A DNA stretch of 53,463 bases from Gemmatimonadota bacterium (lineage in GTDB: Bacteria; Gemmatimonadota; Gemmatimonadetes; Palauibacterales; KS3-K002), in NCBI GenBank assembly GCA_039586795.1, contig JBDHJS010000024.1, positions 1 to 53,463 on the forward strand, given 5' to 3'. Under the pieces are notes generated by a model. It made no database searches. It saw only the letters and a program-made list of their open reading frames with translations, and was not told where the DNA came from. Shown piece after piece: positions 9,049-19,892 of this stretch. The translations under genes were made by a program, and so were the position numbers. How positions within the stretch are numbered: the first letter of the stretch is position 1; each line of letters starts with the position of its first letter.

Positions 9049-10815
9049 TTGGGGGATAAGGTTCAGGGAATCCCGGCTTCGCCAGGCATCGCTATCGGGT
9101 CCGCCTATGTGATCCGCTGGCCAAAGCTCAGCGTGCCCCACGCCACCGTGGCCATGGAGCAGGTCGAGAGCGAGGTCGAGCGTTTCAAGCAAGCTCGCGA
9201 GCAAGCCAGTGAGCGCACGCGACAACTCCGCAGCAGCGTAGAGATTCGTCTTGGGTCGGTGGAGGCGAAGATCTTCGACCCGCAGCTTCTGATGCTGGAC
9301 GACCCCGATCTTGTCGACGGAACTGTCACCTACATCAGCGAGAGCTTTCTCACCGCAGAACGTGCGTTCAGCCTGCGCGTGCTCGAGTTTCGCTCGCAGT
9401 GGCTGGACGCGACTCACGCCCGGGTCATGGACCGCGTCGCCGATCTGAATGATGTACAGCTTCGCGTGCTGGCCGAGTTGACTGATGTGTCCATGCTCGG
9501 CCTCGAACGGGACCTTCCTACAGAACCGATCATCATCGTAGCCCACGAGCTTCAGCCGAGCCGCATGGTCGAGTTGGACCCGGAGCTGGTGATTGGCGTG
9601 GCGACGGATGCGGGCACTCGTACGGCCCACTCTTCGATCCTTGCGCGCTCGCTGGGTATTCCGGCCGTGGTCGGTCTGGGTGATCTATCACAGCGAGTCG
9701 TTTCCGGTCAGGAGATCATCATCGATGGTCGACGGGGCCACGTCATCATCGAGCCCACGGATGCCGAGAAGCACTGGTTTCGTGATCGGAAGATCAAAGT
9801 CAACGCGACCGAGGGAGAGCTACAGGAACTAGCGACGCTGGAGCCAGTGACGCAGGATGGGACGCGCATCGGCTTGTACGCCAACCTCGATCTACCTGGC
9901 GATGCTAGGCGTGCCCTGGCGGCAAACGTCGATGGTGTCGGGCTGTTGCGCACCGAGTTCCTTGTGGTCGGAAAGGCGAACGCCCCGGACGAGGATGAGC
10001 AATACGAGGCGTTTCGCAGGGTCATCGATGCCATGGCGCCACGGCCGGTGACGATTCGAACCTTCGACCTGGGAGGCGACAAGTTCCCGCTCTTCTTACC
10101 GCCCATCAAAGAAGAGAACCCCTTTCTCGGCTGGCGCGGACTGCGGATCTACGAGATGATGCCGGACCTCTTCCGCAACCAGGTGCGCGCGATCATGCGC
10201 GTGGCGGCACACGGAGAGGTCCGTCTGCTGGTGCCCATGGTGAACAGCGTCGACGACGTTCGGCGCGTGCGGGCCGTGATGGATGAGGTGAAGAGGGAGC
10301 TGGAGGAGGAGGGTACCGAGCACGGCGATTGCATGTTCGGCATCATGCTCGAGACGCCAGCCGCGGTGGCGATCGTGGACATGCTGGCGCGCCACGCCGA
10401 CTTCTTCAGCGTAGGCACGAACGATCTCATCCAGTACATGCTGGCCGTCGACCGAGGGAACGCCCAGCTGTCACCGTTCTTCGATCTCTATCACCCGGCC
10501 TTGCTCCGCTACATCCGGGATTCCGTGGTGGCGGCGGAGAAGCTGGGTCGGCCGATCTGCGTGTGCGGAGAGGCCGCCTCTGATACGCTGGGCGCGGTGC
10601 TGCTGCTTGGCCTTGGAATACGGAGCCTCAGCTGCACACCAACCACCGTTCTGGAGCAGAAGAAGCTGATAAGATCCATCGATCTAGGTAAGATTGCCGA
10701 CGTCGTTCAGGGGCTGCAGGACGTAGAAACGGGTCAGGAGATCCGTCGCCACGTGAAGCATGCGCTGGCCGATATGGTCGATTTGTCGTACCTCGATCCC
10801 GATACCAGCTTGTAA
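9049..10815 (+). CDS. ptsI: PEP-protein phosphotransferase (PTS enzyme I)
   Basis: GIPASPGIAIG, TAHSSILARSLGIPA (phospho-His), GLLRTEF, RTFDLGGDK, ENPFLGWRG, SVGTNDL, CGE. Confidence 0.97.
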   Translation: MGDKVQGIPASPGIAIGSAYVIRWPKLSVPHATVAMEQVESEVERFKQAREQASERTRQLRSSVEIRLGSVEAKIFDPQLLMLDDPDLVDGTVTYISESFLTAERAFSLRVLEFRSQWLDATHARVMDRVADLNDVQLRVLAELTDVSMLGLERDLPTEPIIIVAHELQPSRMVELDPELVIGVATDAGTRTAHSSILARSLGIPAVVGLGDLSQRVVSGQEIIIDGRRGHVIIEPTDAEKHWFRDRKIKVNATEGELQELATLEPVTQDGTRIGLYANLDLPGDARRALAANVDGVGLLRTEFLVVGKANAPDEDEQYEAFRRVIDAMAPRPVTIRTFDLGGDKFPLFLPPIKEENPFLGWRGLRIYEMMPDLFRNQVRAIMRVAAHGEVRLLVPMVNSVDDVRRVRAVMDEVKRELEEEGTEHGDCMFGIMLETPAAVAIVDMLARHADFFSVGTNDLIQYMLAVDRGNAQLSPFFDLYHPALLRYIRDSVVAAEKLGRPICVCGEAASDTLGAVLLLGLGIRSLSCTPTTVLEQKKLIRSIDLGKIADVVQGLQDVETGQEIRRHVKHALADMVDLSYLDPDTSL

Positions 10816-10838
10816 AAGCCATTCCCTGTGAGTACCTT
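10810..10838 (+). promoter_or_regulatory. Candidate sigma70 promoter for metK-ahcY
   Basis: TTGTAA-17nt-TACCTT. Confidence 0.45.
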
Positions 10839-10912
10839 CCGTCGTTTTACGTAGGGCATTGACCCGGCGTCACAGGCCGGACTGAATTCGACAACAGTTG
10901 GGAGCCGAAAAC

Positions 10913-13451
<2,539 letters not shown>

Positions 13452-13465
13452 GCGTTCAGGCGGGG

Positions 13466-13493
13466 TTTACAGGGGCATAGGGGCTGGTATCTT
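13466..13493 (+). promoter_or_regulatory. Candidate sigma70 promoter (extended -10)
   Basis: TTTACA-16nt-TATCTT with TG immediately upstream of the -10. Confidence 0.45.
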
Positions 13494-13540
13494 CCGAGAC
13501 CCGAAACTGATCCTGCCCCGGTAAAGCACCCGGTGATCAT

Positions 13541-14068
13541 ATGAATCAGGTTAAAGTCGCAAGCCTTGGGCTCGACAAAGCTTCCAATACGCCCGTCGTC
13601 ATCCTTCAGGAGATGGAAGGGGAGCGTGTGCTTCCTATATGGATCGGCCCCGGCGAAGCGAGCGCGATTGCGATGGAGTTGGCCGGGATGAAGTTCTCGC
13701 GGCCGCTCACACACGATCTGTTCACAGCGATGCTTCAGGGGCTCGGTAGCGAGCTGCACCGGGTTCTCATTACGAAAGTCGTTGACAACACTTATCACGC
13801 TGAGCTGATCATCAAGCGCAACGGAGACGTCGTATCTATCGATGCGCGTCCCAGCGACAGCATCGCGATCGCTTTGCGCGCCAAGGCTCCGATCTACGCG
13901 CACGACGACTTACTGGAGCAGGCATCGATCGAAATCCAGCCCTCCGAGCTGGAGCCGGGCGATATACCCGACTTCACGGGCCAGGAAGAGACGAGGATGG
14001 ATGCGGAGCAGTTGAAGGAGTATCTGAAGAACCTGAACCCCGAGGACTTCGGTCGCTTCAACCCATGA
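13541..14068 (+). CDS. Bifunctional nuclease family protein (DUF151/BFN)
   Basis: LPIWIGPGEASAI, RPLTHDL, IDARPSDSIAIALR. Confidence 0.92.
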   Translation: MNQVKVASLGLDKASNTPVVILQEMEGERVLPIWIGPGEASAIAMELAGMKFSRPLTHDLFTAMLQGLGSELHRVLITKVVDNTYHAELIIKRNGDVVSIDARPSDSIAIALRAKAPIYAHDDLLEQASIEIQPSELEPGDIPDFTGQEETRMDAEQLKEYLKNLNPEDFGRFNP

Positions 14069-14793
14069 CCGATGCGTTGAAGACGATGAAACGCCGCTGG
14101 CACGGAATGGGTCGGCGGCTTTTCTTTTTGCCCTGCTGCGCTACCGCTGCTTGTCTATCGATGACGGCGCCGGCGTCGTCGAACGCCCAGGATATGCCCT
14201 CGGTCAAGATTCTTCAGCGTCAGGCCCGGTTGATGCGAAACGAGACCGGTATGTATCGCGTCATCGAGGCGATGCTGATCGAGTTGGACCGGGAGATCCC
14301 ACCTGAATTCGTGCTACCGGAACCGCTCGGGCTTGTCGAAGTCAACGCGGTCGTCGGGTCGGTGATGGGTATCGGTGGCGACGTGCCGGTCACCCAGATC
14401 GTCTACGATGAGCCGCGAATCGCCATCGTCGGACCGGTTGGGGCTCGCGTGCTCGAGATCGCCGTGACCTATGCTTTGCCGCAGGACGCGAGGGGCTTCG
14501 AGTTCAACGCCCTATGGCCCGTCGATGCGTTCTTGGTCGAAGTCGATCGCGGATCGATAGATGCGCGGCCGTCCGGCGGACTGTCAGCACCCGAAGCGGG
14601 TGGGACGGATGAACGACCTGTCCTCAGGTACGAGGCCTCGGCGCTGTCGGCGGGCCAGGCGGTTGGCTTCACCTTCTTCTCCAGCCGCGTTCGCTGGGCG
14701 GAGCGCATCGCCGTGCTCCTCGCCTGTAGCGTCGCCGCCGGCGCTGCCTGTCTCGTCGTCTGGCGCCGGGAATCCGGCTCGGCCGCCGCGTAG
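14065..14793 (+). CDS. Hypothetical exported protein with C-terminal membrane anchor
   Basis: Signal-peptide-like N-terminus (...ASSNAQD) and C-terminal hydrophobic stretch followed by WRR; start uncertain. Confidence 0.6.
   Translation: MTDALKTMKRRWHGMGRRLFFLPCCATAACLSMTAPASSNAQDMPSVKILQRQARLMRNETGMYRVIEAMLIELDREIPPEFVLPEPLGLVEVNAVVGSVMGIGGDVPVTQIVYDEPRIAIVGPVGARVLEIAVTYALPQDARGFEFNALWPVDAFLVEVDRGSIDARPSGGLSAPEAGGTDERPVLRYEASALSAGQAVGFTFFSSRVRWAERIAVLLACSVAAGAACLVVWRRESGSAAA
14093..14130 (+). terminator. Candidate intrinsic terminator after DUF151 gene
   Basis: gccgctggc / gtcggcggc 9-bp stem (2 G-U) followed by ttttctttttg; lies inside the 5' end of the next ORF. Confidence 0.45.
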
Positions 14794-14848
14794 CCGCTCC
14801 GGCCTTGAGCCGCTAGCGGAAACCTCTGGAATCTCGATATTCCAAAGC

Positions 14849-15604
14849 ATGGCGCTGGTATCGACTCTCGCAACCATTCTCAAGACCTACGAGTACAGCG
14901 AAACGAGCAAGATCCTTCGTCTGCTGACCCGGGATCAGGGGCTCTGCTCGGTGATCGCCAAGGGGGCGCGTAGGCCGAAGAGCCGGTTCGGTGGACTTCT
15001 GGAGCCGTTCACCGACGGCGTGGCGACCTTCTATGCGAAGGAAGGAAGGGAGCTCCACACCCTCTCCGGCTTCGAGCTGCGCCGCGAACGCCAGGTGCTG
15101 GGCAAGCGGCTGATTCGCTATGCCGGCGCTGGCCTGCTTACCGAGATCGCCCTGCGCTTCGCCTCATCGGCGCCGGACGACGAGCTGTTCACGCAGTTGC
15201 GCAGTGGCCTCGATCGATTGGTGGACGAAGAAGGGGACGAAGAGAAGGCGATTCTCGAGGAGACCTGGAAACTGGTCGATCGGCTGGGATTCGCACCATC
15301 GCTCGAGTTCTGTTCGGTCTGCGGAACCGTCCCCGATCCCGGCCAATCGGTCCACTTCGATATGGGCGGTGGCGCGGTCGTCTGCGAGCGCTGCCGGCAG
15401 CGGGCCACCGGGTTGGACCTGCGCGTTGTGGAGCCGGCTGCCCGTTCGGAGCTGATCGATCTGCTGCGGAGTAACGCTATCGCGGGCCGGAAGCTGACGA
15501 CCTCGCGATTCCAGCGTGACCTGCTTCGCGACTTCATCGCTCACCACATGGCGGACCATCGTCCGCTCAACTCCTTCCGGTTTCTCGACGAGCGGCTCGC
15601 ATGA
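14849..15604 (+). CDS. recO: DNA repair protein RecO
   Basis: YSETSKILRLLTRDQG, AKGARRPKSRFGG, LGFAPSLEFCSVCG...CERC zinc finger; start ATG 14849. Confidence 0.94.
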   Translation: MALVSTLATILKTYEYSETSKILRLLTRDQGLCSVIAKGARRPKSRFGGLLEPFTDGVATFYAKEGRELHTLSGFELRRERQVLGKRLIRYAGAGLLTEIALRFASSAPDDELFTQLRSGLDRLVDEEGDEEKAILEETWKLVDRLGFAPSLEFCSVCGTVPDPGQSVHFDMGGGAVVCERCRQRATGLDLRVVEPAARSELIDLLRSNAIAGRKLTTSRFQRDLLRDFIAHHMADHRPLNSFRFLDERLA

Positions 15605-17499
15605 AGTCGGTCATCCTGGGTACGGCGGGCCACGTCGATCACGGCAAGACCGCGTTGGTCGAAGCGCTCACCGGAGTGAACACCGATCGCTGGGCCGAAG
15701 AGCGAGAGCGCGGCATCACCATAGACCTGGGGTTCGCCAGCCTCCCGTCAGGGGTAGAGGACCTGGAGATTTCCGTCGTCGACGTCCCCGGTCATGAAGA
15801 TTTCGTCAAGAACATGCTGGCCGGGGCCAGCGGCGTAGACCTGCTGCTGGCCGTCGTCGCCGCGGACGAAGGCCCGATGCCCCAAACCCTTGAGCACCTC
15901 TGGATCGCCAGGTTGCTTGGCGTCGACCGCGGCGTCGTCGTGATCAGCAAGTCCGACTTGGTGGACGATGAATGGCGCGAGTTGGTCACGGAGTCGGTGC
16001 GCGAGGAGCTGCGGAACGTATTCGGCGATGTCGATTGGCCGGTGCTTTCGGCGTCCGCGGTCACCGGTGAGGGCATATCGGAATTGAAGGAGGCCATAGA
16101 GACTGCCGCGCGGGCGACCCGTGCCCGTCGCGATGAGGATCTCTTCCGGTTGCCCATCGATCGCTCGTTCAGCGTGCGTGGTGTGGGAACGGTGGTGACC
16201 GGAACCGTATGGAGTGGCAACATCTCGGCCGGCGAAGAGGTCCGTATCATGCCCGGCGACCGAAAGGCCCGGGTGCGCGGCGTACAGGTGCACGATGAGG
16301 ACGTGAATACCGCCCGGGCCGGGCAACGCGCCGCCGTGGCGCTGGTCGGCGTCGATAGGAGCGACGTAGGTCGGGGACACACCCTCGTGGCCGATTCGGT
16401 CTGGCGCGAGACGCGTTACCTGGATGCGCACTTGCGCCTGCTTCCCGACTCGCCATGGCCCCTGAGGCACTGGCAGCGGATACGTCTGCATCTGGGAACC
16501 AGCGAGGCGATGGCCAGGGTCGCGCTTTTCGACGCGGAACGCCTGCAACCCGGAGACGGTGCACTGGTCCAGCTTCGCCTGGAGAGCCCCGTCGTGGCGC
16601 GCACCGGCGATCGTTTCGTGGTCCGCTTCTACTCCCCGGTGACGACGATTGGCGGCGGAGTCATCATCGACCCGTGGGCACGCCGACGCAATCGCCTGAC
16701 CGCCGACGAAACGCGTGCGCTGAACGAGCTGGCCGGGGGAGACGGTCGGTCACGAGTGATCAGCGCGGTAGAGGGGGCTTTGAATGGGGTTACCGAGGCC
16801 CAGTTGGCTCTCCTCACCGGAACTCCCCCGAGTCTCCTGGTAAAAGATTTGAGCACGCTTGCCGACGACGGCGTCTTGCGCGCGGTGGAGGGGCGCTGGT
16901 TCAGCGTGGAAACGATGCGAGCCACGCGGAACGCGATCCTCGAACTCATCGCCAGCACGCATGCTCGGGATGCGGGGGCCAAGGGCATCGGACTCGAAGC
17001 GCTCCGCAGCACGCTGGGTGATGCGTCACTGGTCAACGCCGCCTTGGGGGAACTGGAGGCGGACGGCCATATCCGGATCGACGGCGCCGTAGCCGCGCTC
17101 AAGGATCACGTTCCGCGCCTGGATGCCGGACAGGAAGAGCTCGCCGCCAGGGCCTCGGCTGATATCGCCGCGGCCGGCCTCATGCCGCCGCGGCTCAAGG
17201 AACTCGCAGCAAACCTTGGCGTCTCAGAAGATGCGATCCTGCCGATTCTCAAGTTTCTGGCCGACGCCGGGGGGTTAGTCCCCGTTACGCCCGACCTCTA
17301 CTTGGACGCCGGAGCCATAAAGGAAGCGAAGAAGCGGGTCGAACGGGTGTTGGTAGAGCATCCCGAGGCCCCGCCCTCGGAACTCCGGGACGCGTTGGGG
17401 GTAAGCAGAAAGTACCTTATACCACTACTTGAGCACCTGGATGCGGTGGGCTTCACCCGGCGGACGGCGAAAGGGAGAGTGCTTCGACAGGGCTCATGA
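15601..17499 (+). CDS. selB: Selenocysteine-specific elongation factor
   Basis: GTAGHVDHGKT, ERERGITIDLGF, DVPGHEDFVKNM, GPMPQTLEH; C-terminal winged-helix ending LGVSRKYLIPLLEHLD. Confidence 0.97.
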   Translation: MKSVILGTAGHVDHGKTALVEALTGVNTDRWAEERERGITIDLGFASLPSGVEDLEISVVDVPGHEDFVKNMLAGASGVDLLLAVVAADEGPMPQTLEHLWIARLLGVDRGVVVISKSDLVDDEWRELVTESVREELRNVFGDVDWPVLSASAVTGEGISELKEAIETAARATRARRDEDLFRLPIDRSFSVRGVGTVVTGTVWSGNISAGEEVRIMPGDRKARVRGVQVHDEDVNTARAGQRAAVALVGVDRSDVGRGHTLVADSVWRETRYLDAHLRLLPDSPWPLRHWQRIRLHLGTSEAMARVALFDAERLQPGDGALVQLRLESPVVARTGDRFVVRFYSPVTTIGGGVIIDPWARRRNRLTADETRALNELAGGDGRSRVISAVEGALNGVTEAQLALLTGTPPSLLVKDLSTLADDGVLRAVEGRWFSVETMRATRNAILELIASTHARDAGAKGIGLEALRSTLGDASLVNAALGELEADGHIRIDGAVAALKDHVPRLDAGQEELAARASADIAAAGLMPPRLKELAANLGVSEDAILPILKFLADAGGLVPVTPDLYLDAGAIKEAKKRVERVLVEHPEAPPSELRDALGVSRKYLIPLLEHLDAVGFTRRTAKGRVLRQGS

Positions 17500-17513
17500 A
17501 GTAAAAGAAATTC

Positions 17514-17542
17514 TTGCTCGTTTCTGCCCGCTGCGGTATCTT
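17514..17542 (+). promoter_or_regulatory. Candidate sigma70 promoter
   Basis: TTGCTC-17nt-TATCTT upstream of ORF 17629. Confidence 0.4.
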
Positions 17543-17628
17543 GGAGTACGAAGCAATCGGGCGCAACTGGGCATTCAGGAGGATGTTAGCCGACTCAACG
17601 CTACAGATCCAAGGAAGGAAGGGCGAAA

Positions 17629-18090
17629 TTGAGGCACAGTATGATGGCTGTGCTCCTCGTCCTCATACTCGTGGGCTGGCCTGACGGTCAGGCCTTCTCA
17701 CAGCAGACAGACACGACCACGGCCACTCAGCAGCAGGAGACTGGGCCCCGTGGCGTGACGTTGGAGCAGAATTACCCCAACCCATTCCGCCGGGACACGC
17801 GGATACCGTTCGTCTTGGGAGCTGATATGTTCGAAGACGGGCGGCCCGTCGTTGTCACTGTGCGGATCTACAATGTACTCCACAAACAGATCGCTTTCCC
17901 CACTGCCCTGGATCACCCCACAGGTACCGGCCGGCCAGCACGTGAACTAAGATACGAAAGACCGGGTCGTTATCTGCTTTACTGGGATGGTACTGACGAT
18001 AGTGGTCGACGCGTGAACTCGGGCATCTACTTCTGCCAGATCACGGCCGGCCGGTCGCAGGATGTGATTAGGATCGTCGTCAGCAACTAG
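17629..18090 (+). CDS. Small exported protein, FlgD-Ig / T9SS C-terminal-domain-like
   Basis: Signal peptide, then LEQNYPNPF ... IYNVL ... WDGTDDSGRRVNSGIYF. Confidence 0.8.
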   Translation: MRHSMMAVLLVLILVGWPDGQAFSQQTDTTTATQQQETGPRGVTLEQNYPNPFRRDTRIPFVLGADMFEDGRPVVVTVRIYNVLHKQIAFPTALDHPTGTGRPARELRYERPGRYLLYWDGTDDSGRRVNSGIYFCQITAGRSQDVIRIVVSN

Positions 18091-18109
18091 TCCGGTAGCG
18101 ACTTCCCTC

Positions 18110-18466
18110 TCAATCAACGAAGTAAATGAAGGCGCCGCACTGTTCGCACCAGCGGATCTCGTCGTTCGTCTTGACGGTTGCCGTGGGCACGGCCATGAAG
18201 CAGCCGTAGCACATACCGTTGAGGACGGGAACAACAGGCCGGGGGCGACGGTCGGAGATGAGCCGGTAACGCTTCTCCACCTCAGGCTCGAGCTGTGATT
18301 CCATCTCGTCGATCTTCGAGGTGAGCTGGGAGACGGCGTCTTTGGGTTTGACCCTGAAGACCTTCCGCTCGATATCGTGGCTGTGCTCTTCGGCCGCCTC
18401 CTCCAGCTCTCGTCTTTGCGCTTTGAGATCCTGAAGTTCCAGTAGCAGTTCGAGCTGTTGGTGCAT
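18110..18466 (-). CDS. Coiled-coil / C4 zinc-ribbon protein (short DUF164-like)
   Basis: LLLELQDL coiled coil; CYGC...CEQCG. Confidence 0.82.
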   Translation of the reverse strand: MHQQLELLLELQDLKAQRRELEEAAEEHSHDIERKVFRVKPKDAVSQLTSKIDEMESQLEPEVEKRYRLISDRRPRPVVPVLNGMCYGCFMAVPTATVKTNDEIRWCEQCGAFIYFVD

Positions 18467-18481
18467 TCGCTGGACCTCCAG

Positions 18482-18934
18482 TTAGACCTGTTTCTCGTCC
18501 AATAACTCGAGGAACTGCCCGGGCGACTCGATGCTCTCCAGCCGTTTGGGGACGTCGCCTTCCCGGCAAAGCTGAGCGATCTTGCCCAGCACAGGCAGAT
18601 ATTGGTTTGAGACTTCGAGTGGCGGAGCGACTATGAGAAAGAAGTTAGAGACCGGCTTGTCGTCGATAGCCTTGAAGTCGATGGGTGGCAGTTTTCTGCC
18701 GAAAGCGACGCGCAACCTATTGACCACCAGGGAGCGGCAATGGGGGATGGCGATTCCCTTGCCGATGCCGGTGGAGCCCAGGTTCTCCCGCCGTTTGAGC
18801 ATCTTGAAAAGGATGCCCTCTGATTTGTCCGTAAGATCGAGCTGTGAAATCAGCTCCTTCAGAATTGCGTCCTTGCTCTCGCCTTTGAGGTCGAGATCGA
18901 TCACATCTTCGGTGAAGAACTCTCTCAGTTCCAT
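18482..18934 (-). CDS. PTS EIIA, fructose/mannitol/Ntr family (PtsN-like)
   Basis: RRENLGSTGIGKGIAIPHCR (phospho-His), FKAIDDKPV; ATG 18934 after GGAGGT. Confidence 0.92.
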   Translation of the reverse strand: MELREFFTEDVIDLDLKGESKDAILKELISQLDLTDKSEGILFKMLKRRENLGSTGIGKGIAIPHCRSLVVNRLRVAFGRKLPPIDFKAIDDKPVSNFFLIVAPPLEVSNQYLPVLGKIAQLCREGDVPKRLESIESPGQFLELLDEKQV

Positions 18935-19069
18935 TCCGACCTCCGATTTCGCCTCGGAGCACCTGGAGTGGTCCGGGCGGCTCATCAAGTATCTATGACC
19001 CAACGGCCCAATATGGCATAACGATCCCCGCTCCAAAAGGCTCTTGCCAGAATACGATGGAGCCCCCGT

Positions 19070-19097
19070 TTGACTGCCGCCTCGACTCCGGTATATT
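19070..19097 (+). promoter_or_regulatory. Candidate sigma70 promoter for larB
   Basis: TTGACT-16nt-TATATT. Confidence 0.5.
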
Positions 19098-19136
19098 GCG
19101 CCGCCGGAGCACCGTCCCACCCCTGGATTCCTGAGT

Positions 19137-19892
19137 ATGAGACCTGATCGTTTACAGGCCCTGCTGGAACGGCTCCAGCAGGGGAAAGTGTCGGTTGAGG
19201 AAGCGCTGGAGCAGCTCGAGCATCTGCCGTTCGAGGATCTCGGGTTCGCCAGAGTCGACCATCACCGGGCCGTTCGGCACGGCTATCCGGAAGTCGTGTT
19301 CTGTGAGGGAAAAACGCCGGATCAGGTCTCGAAGATCTGCGCCCGCCTGGCTGCCGCGGGAGACGGATTGCTCGCCACACGAGCGAACGAGACAGTCCGC
19401 GAGCGGCTGGCAGGAGAGCTTCCCGGCCTCGAGGTCAACGAGCTGGCCCGGACCGCCTATCTGCCGCCCGAACAGCCGCTGGACGATTCCGTCCGCGGTC
19501 CGGTTCTGATCGTCACCGCCGGCACGTCGGACCTGCCGGTTGCCGAGGAGGCAGCGGTGTCGGCCCGCGCCATGGGCAACCCGGTTCGTCGGCTCGACGA
19601 CGTCGGCGTGGCTGGTATCCACCGCCTGTTTGCGGATCACCAGGAATTGAAAGACGCCAAGATCGTTATCGTTGTGGCGGGGATGGAAGCGGCCCTCGCC
19701 TCTGTAGTGGGCGGTTTAGTGGGTGTGCCGGTGATCGCCGTACCGACCAGCGTGGGATACGGAGCCGCGTTCAACGGCCTGGCGGCGCTGCTCGGGTTGC
19801 TGAACAGCTGCGCTCCCGGCGTCACGGTGGTCAACATCGACAACGGGTACGGGGCGGCCGTGGCGGCGACCCGAATCAACCGCAGCGTTTGA
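19137..19892 (+). CDS. larB: Nickel-pincer cofactor biosynthesis carboxylase LarB (PurE-like)
   Basis: FARVDHHR, PEVVFCEGKT, AGTSDLPVAEEA, DVGVAGIHRL, AVPTSVGYG, VVNIDNGYGA. Confidence 0.93.
   Translation: MRPDRLQALLERLQQGKVSVEEALEQLEHLPFEDLGFARVDHHRAVRHGYPEVVFCEGKTPDQVSKICARLAAAGDGLLATRANETVRERLAGELPGLEVNELARTAYLPPEQPLDDSVRGPVLIVTAGTSDLPVAEEAAVSARAMGNPVRRLDDVGVAGIHRLFADHQELKDAKIVIVVAGMEAALASVVGGLVGVPVIAVPTSVGYGAAFNGLAALLGLLNSCAPGVTVVNIDNGYGAAVAATRINRSV

Noticed and set aside
10816..10912. SAM or SAH riboswitch before metK-ahcY
   Set aside because: No SAM-I or SAH consensus recognisable; only a small ccggc/gccgg hairpin and a promoter-like sequence
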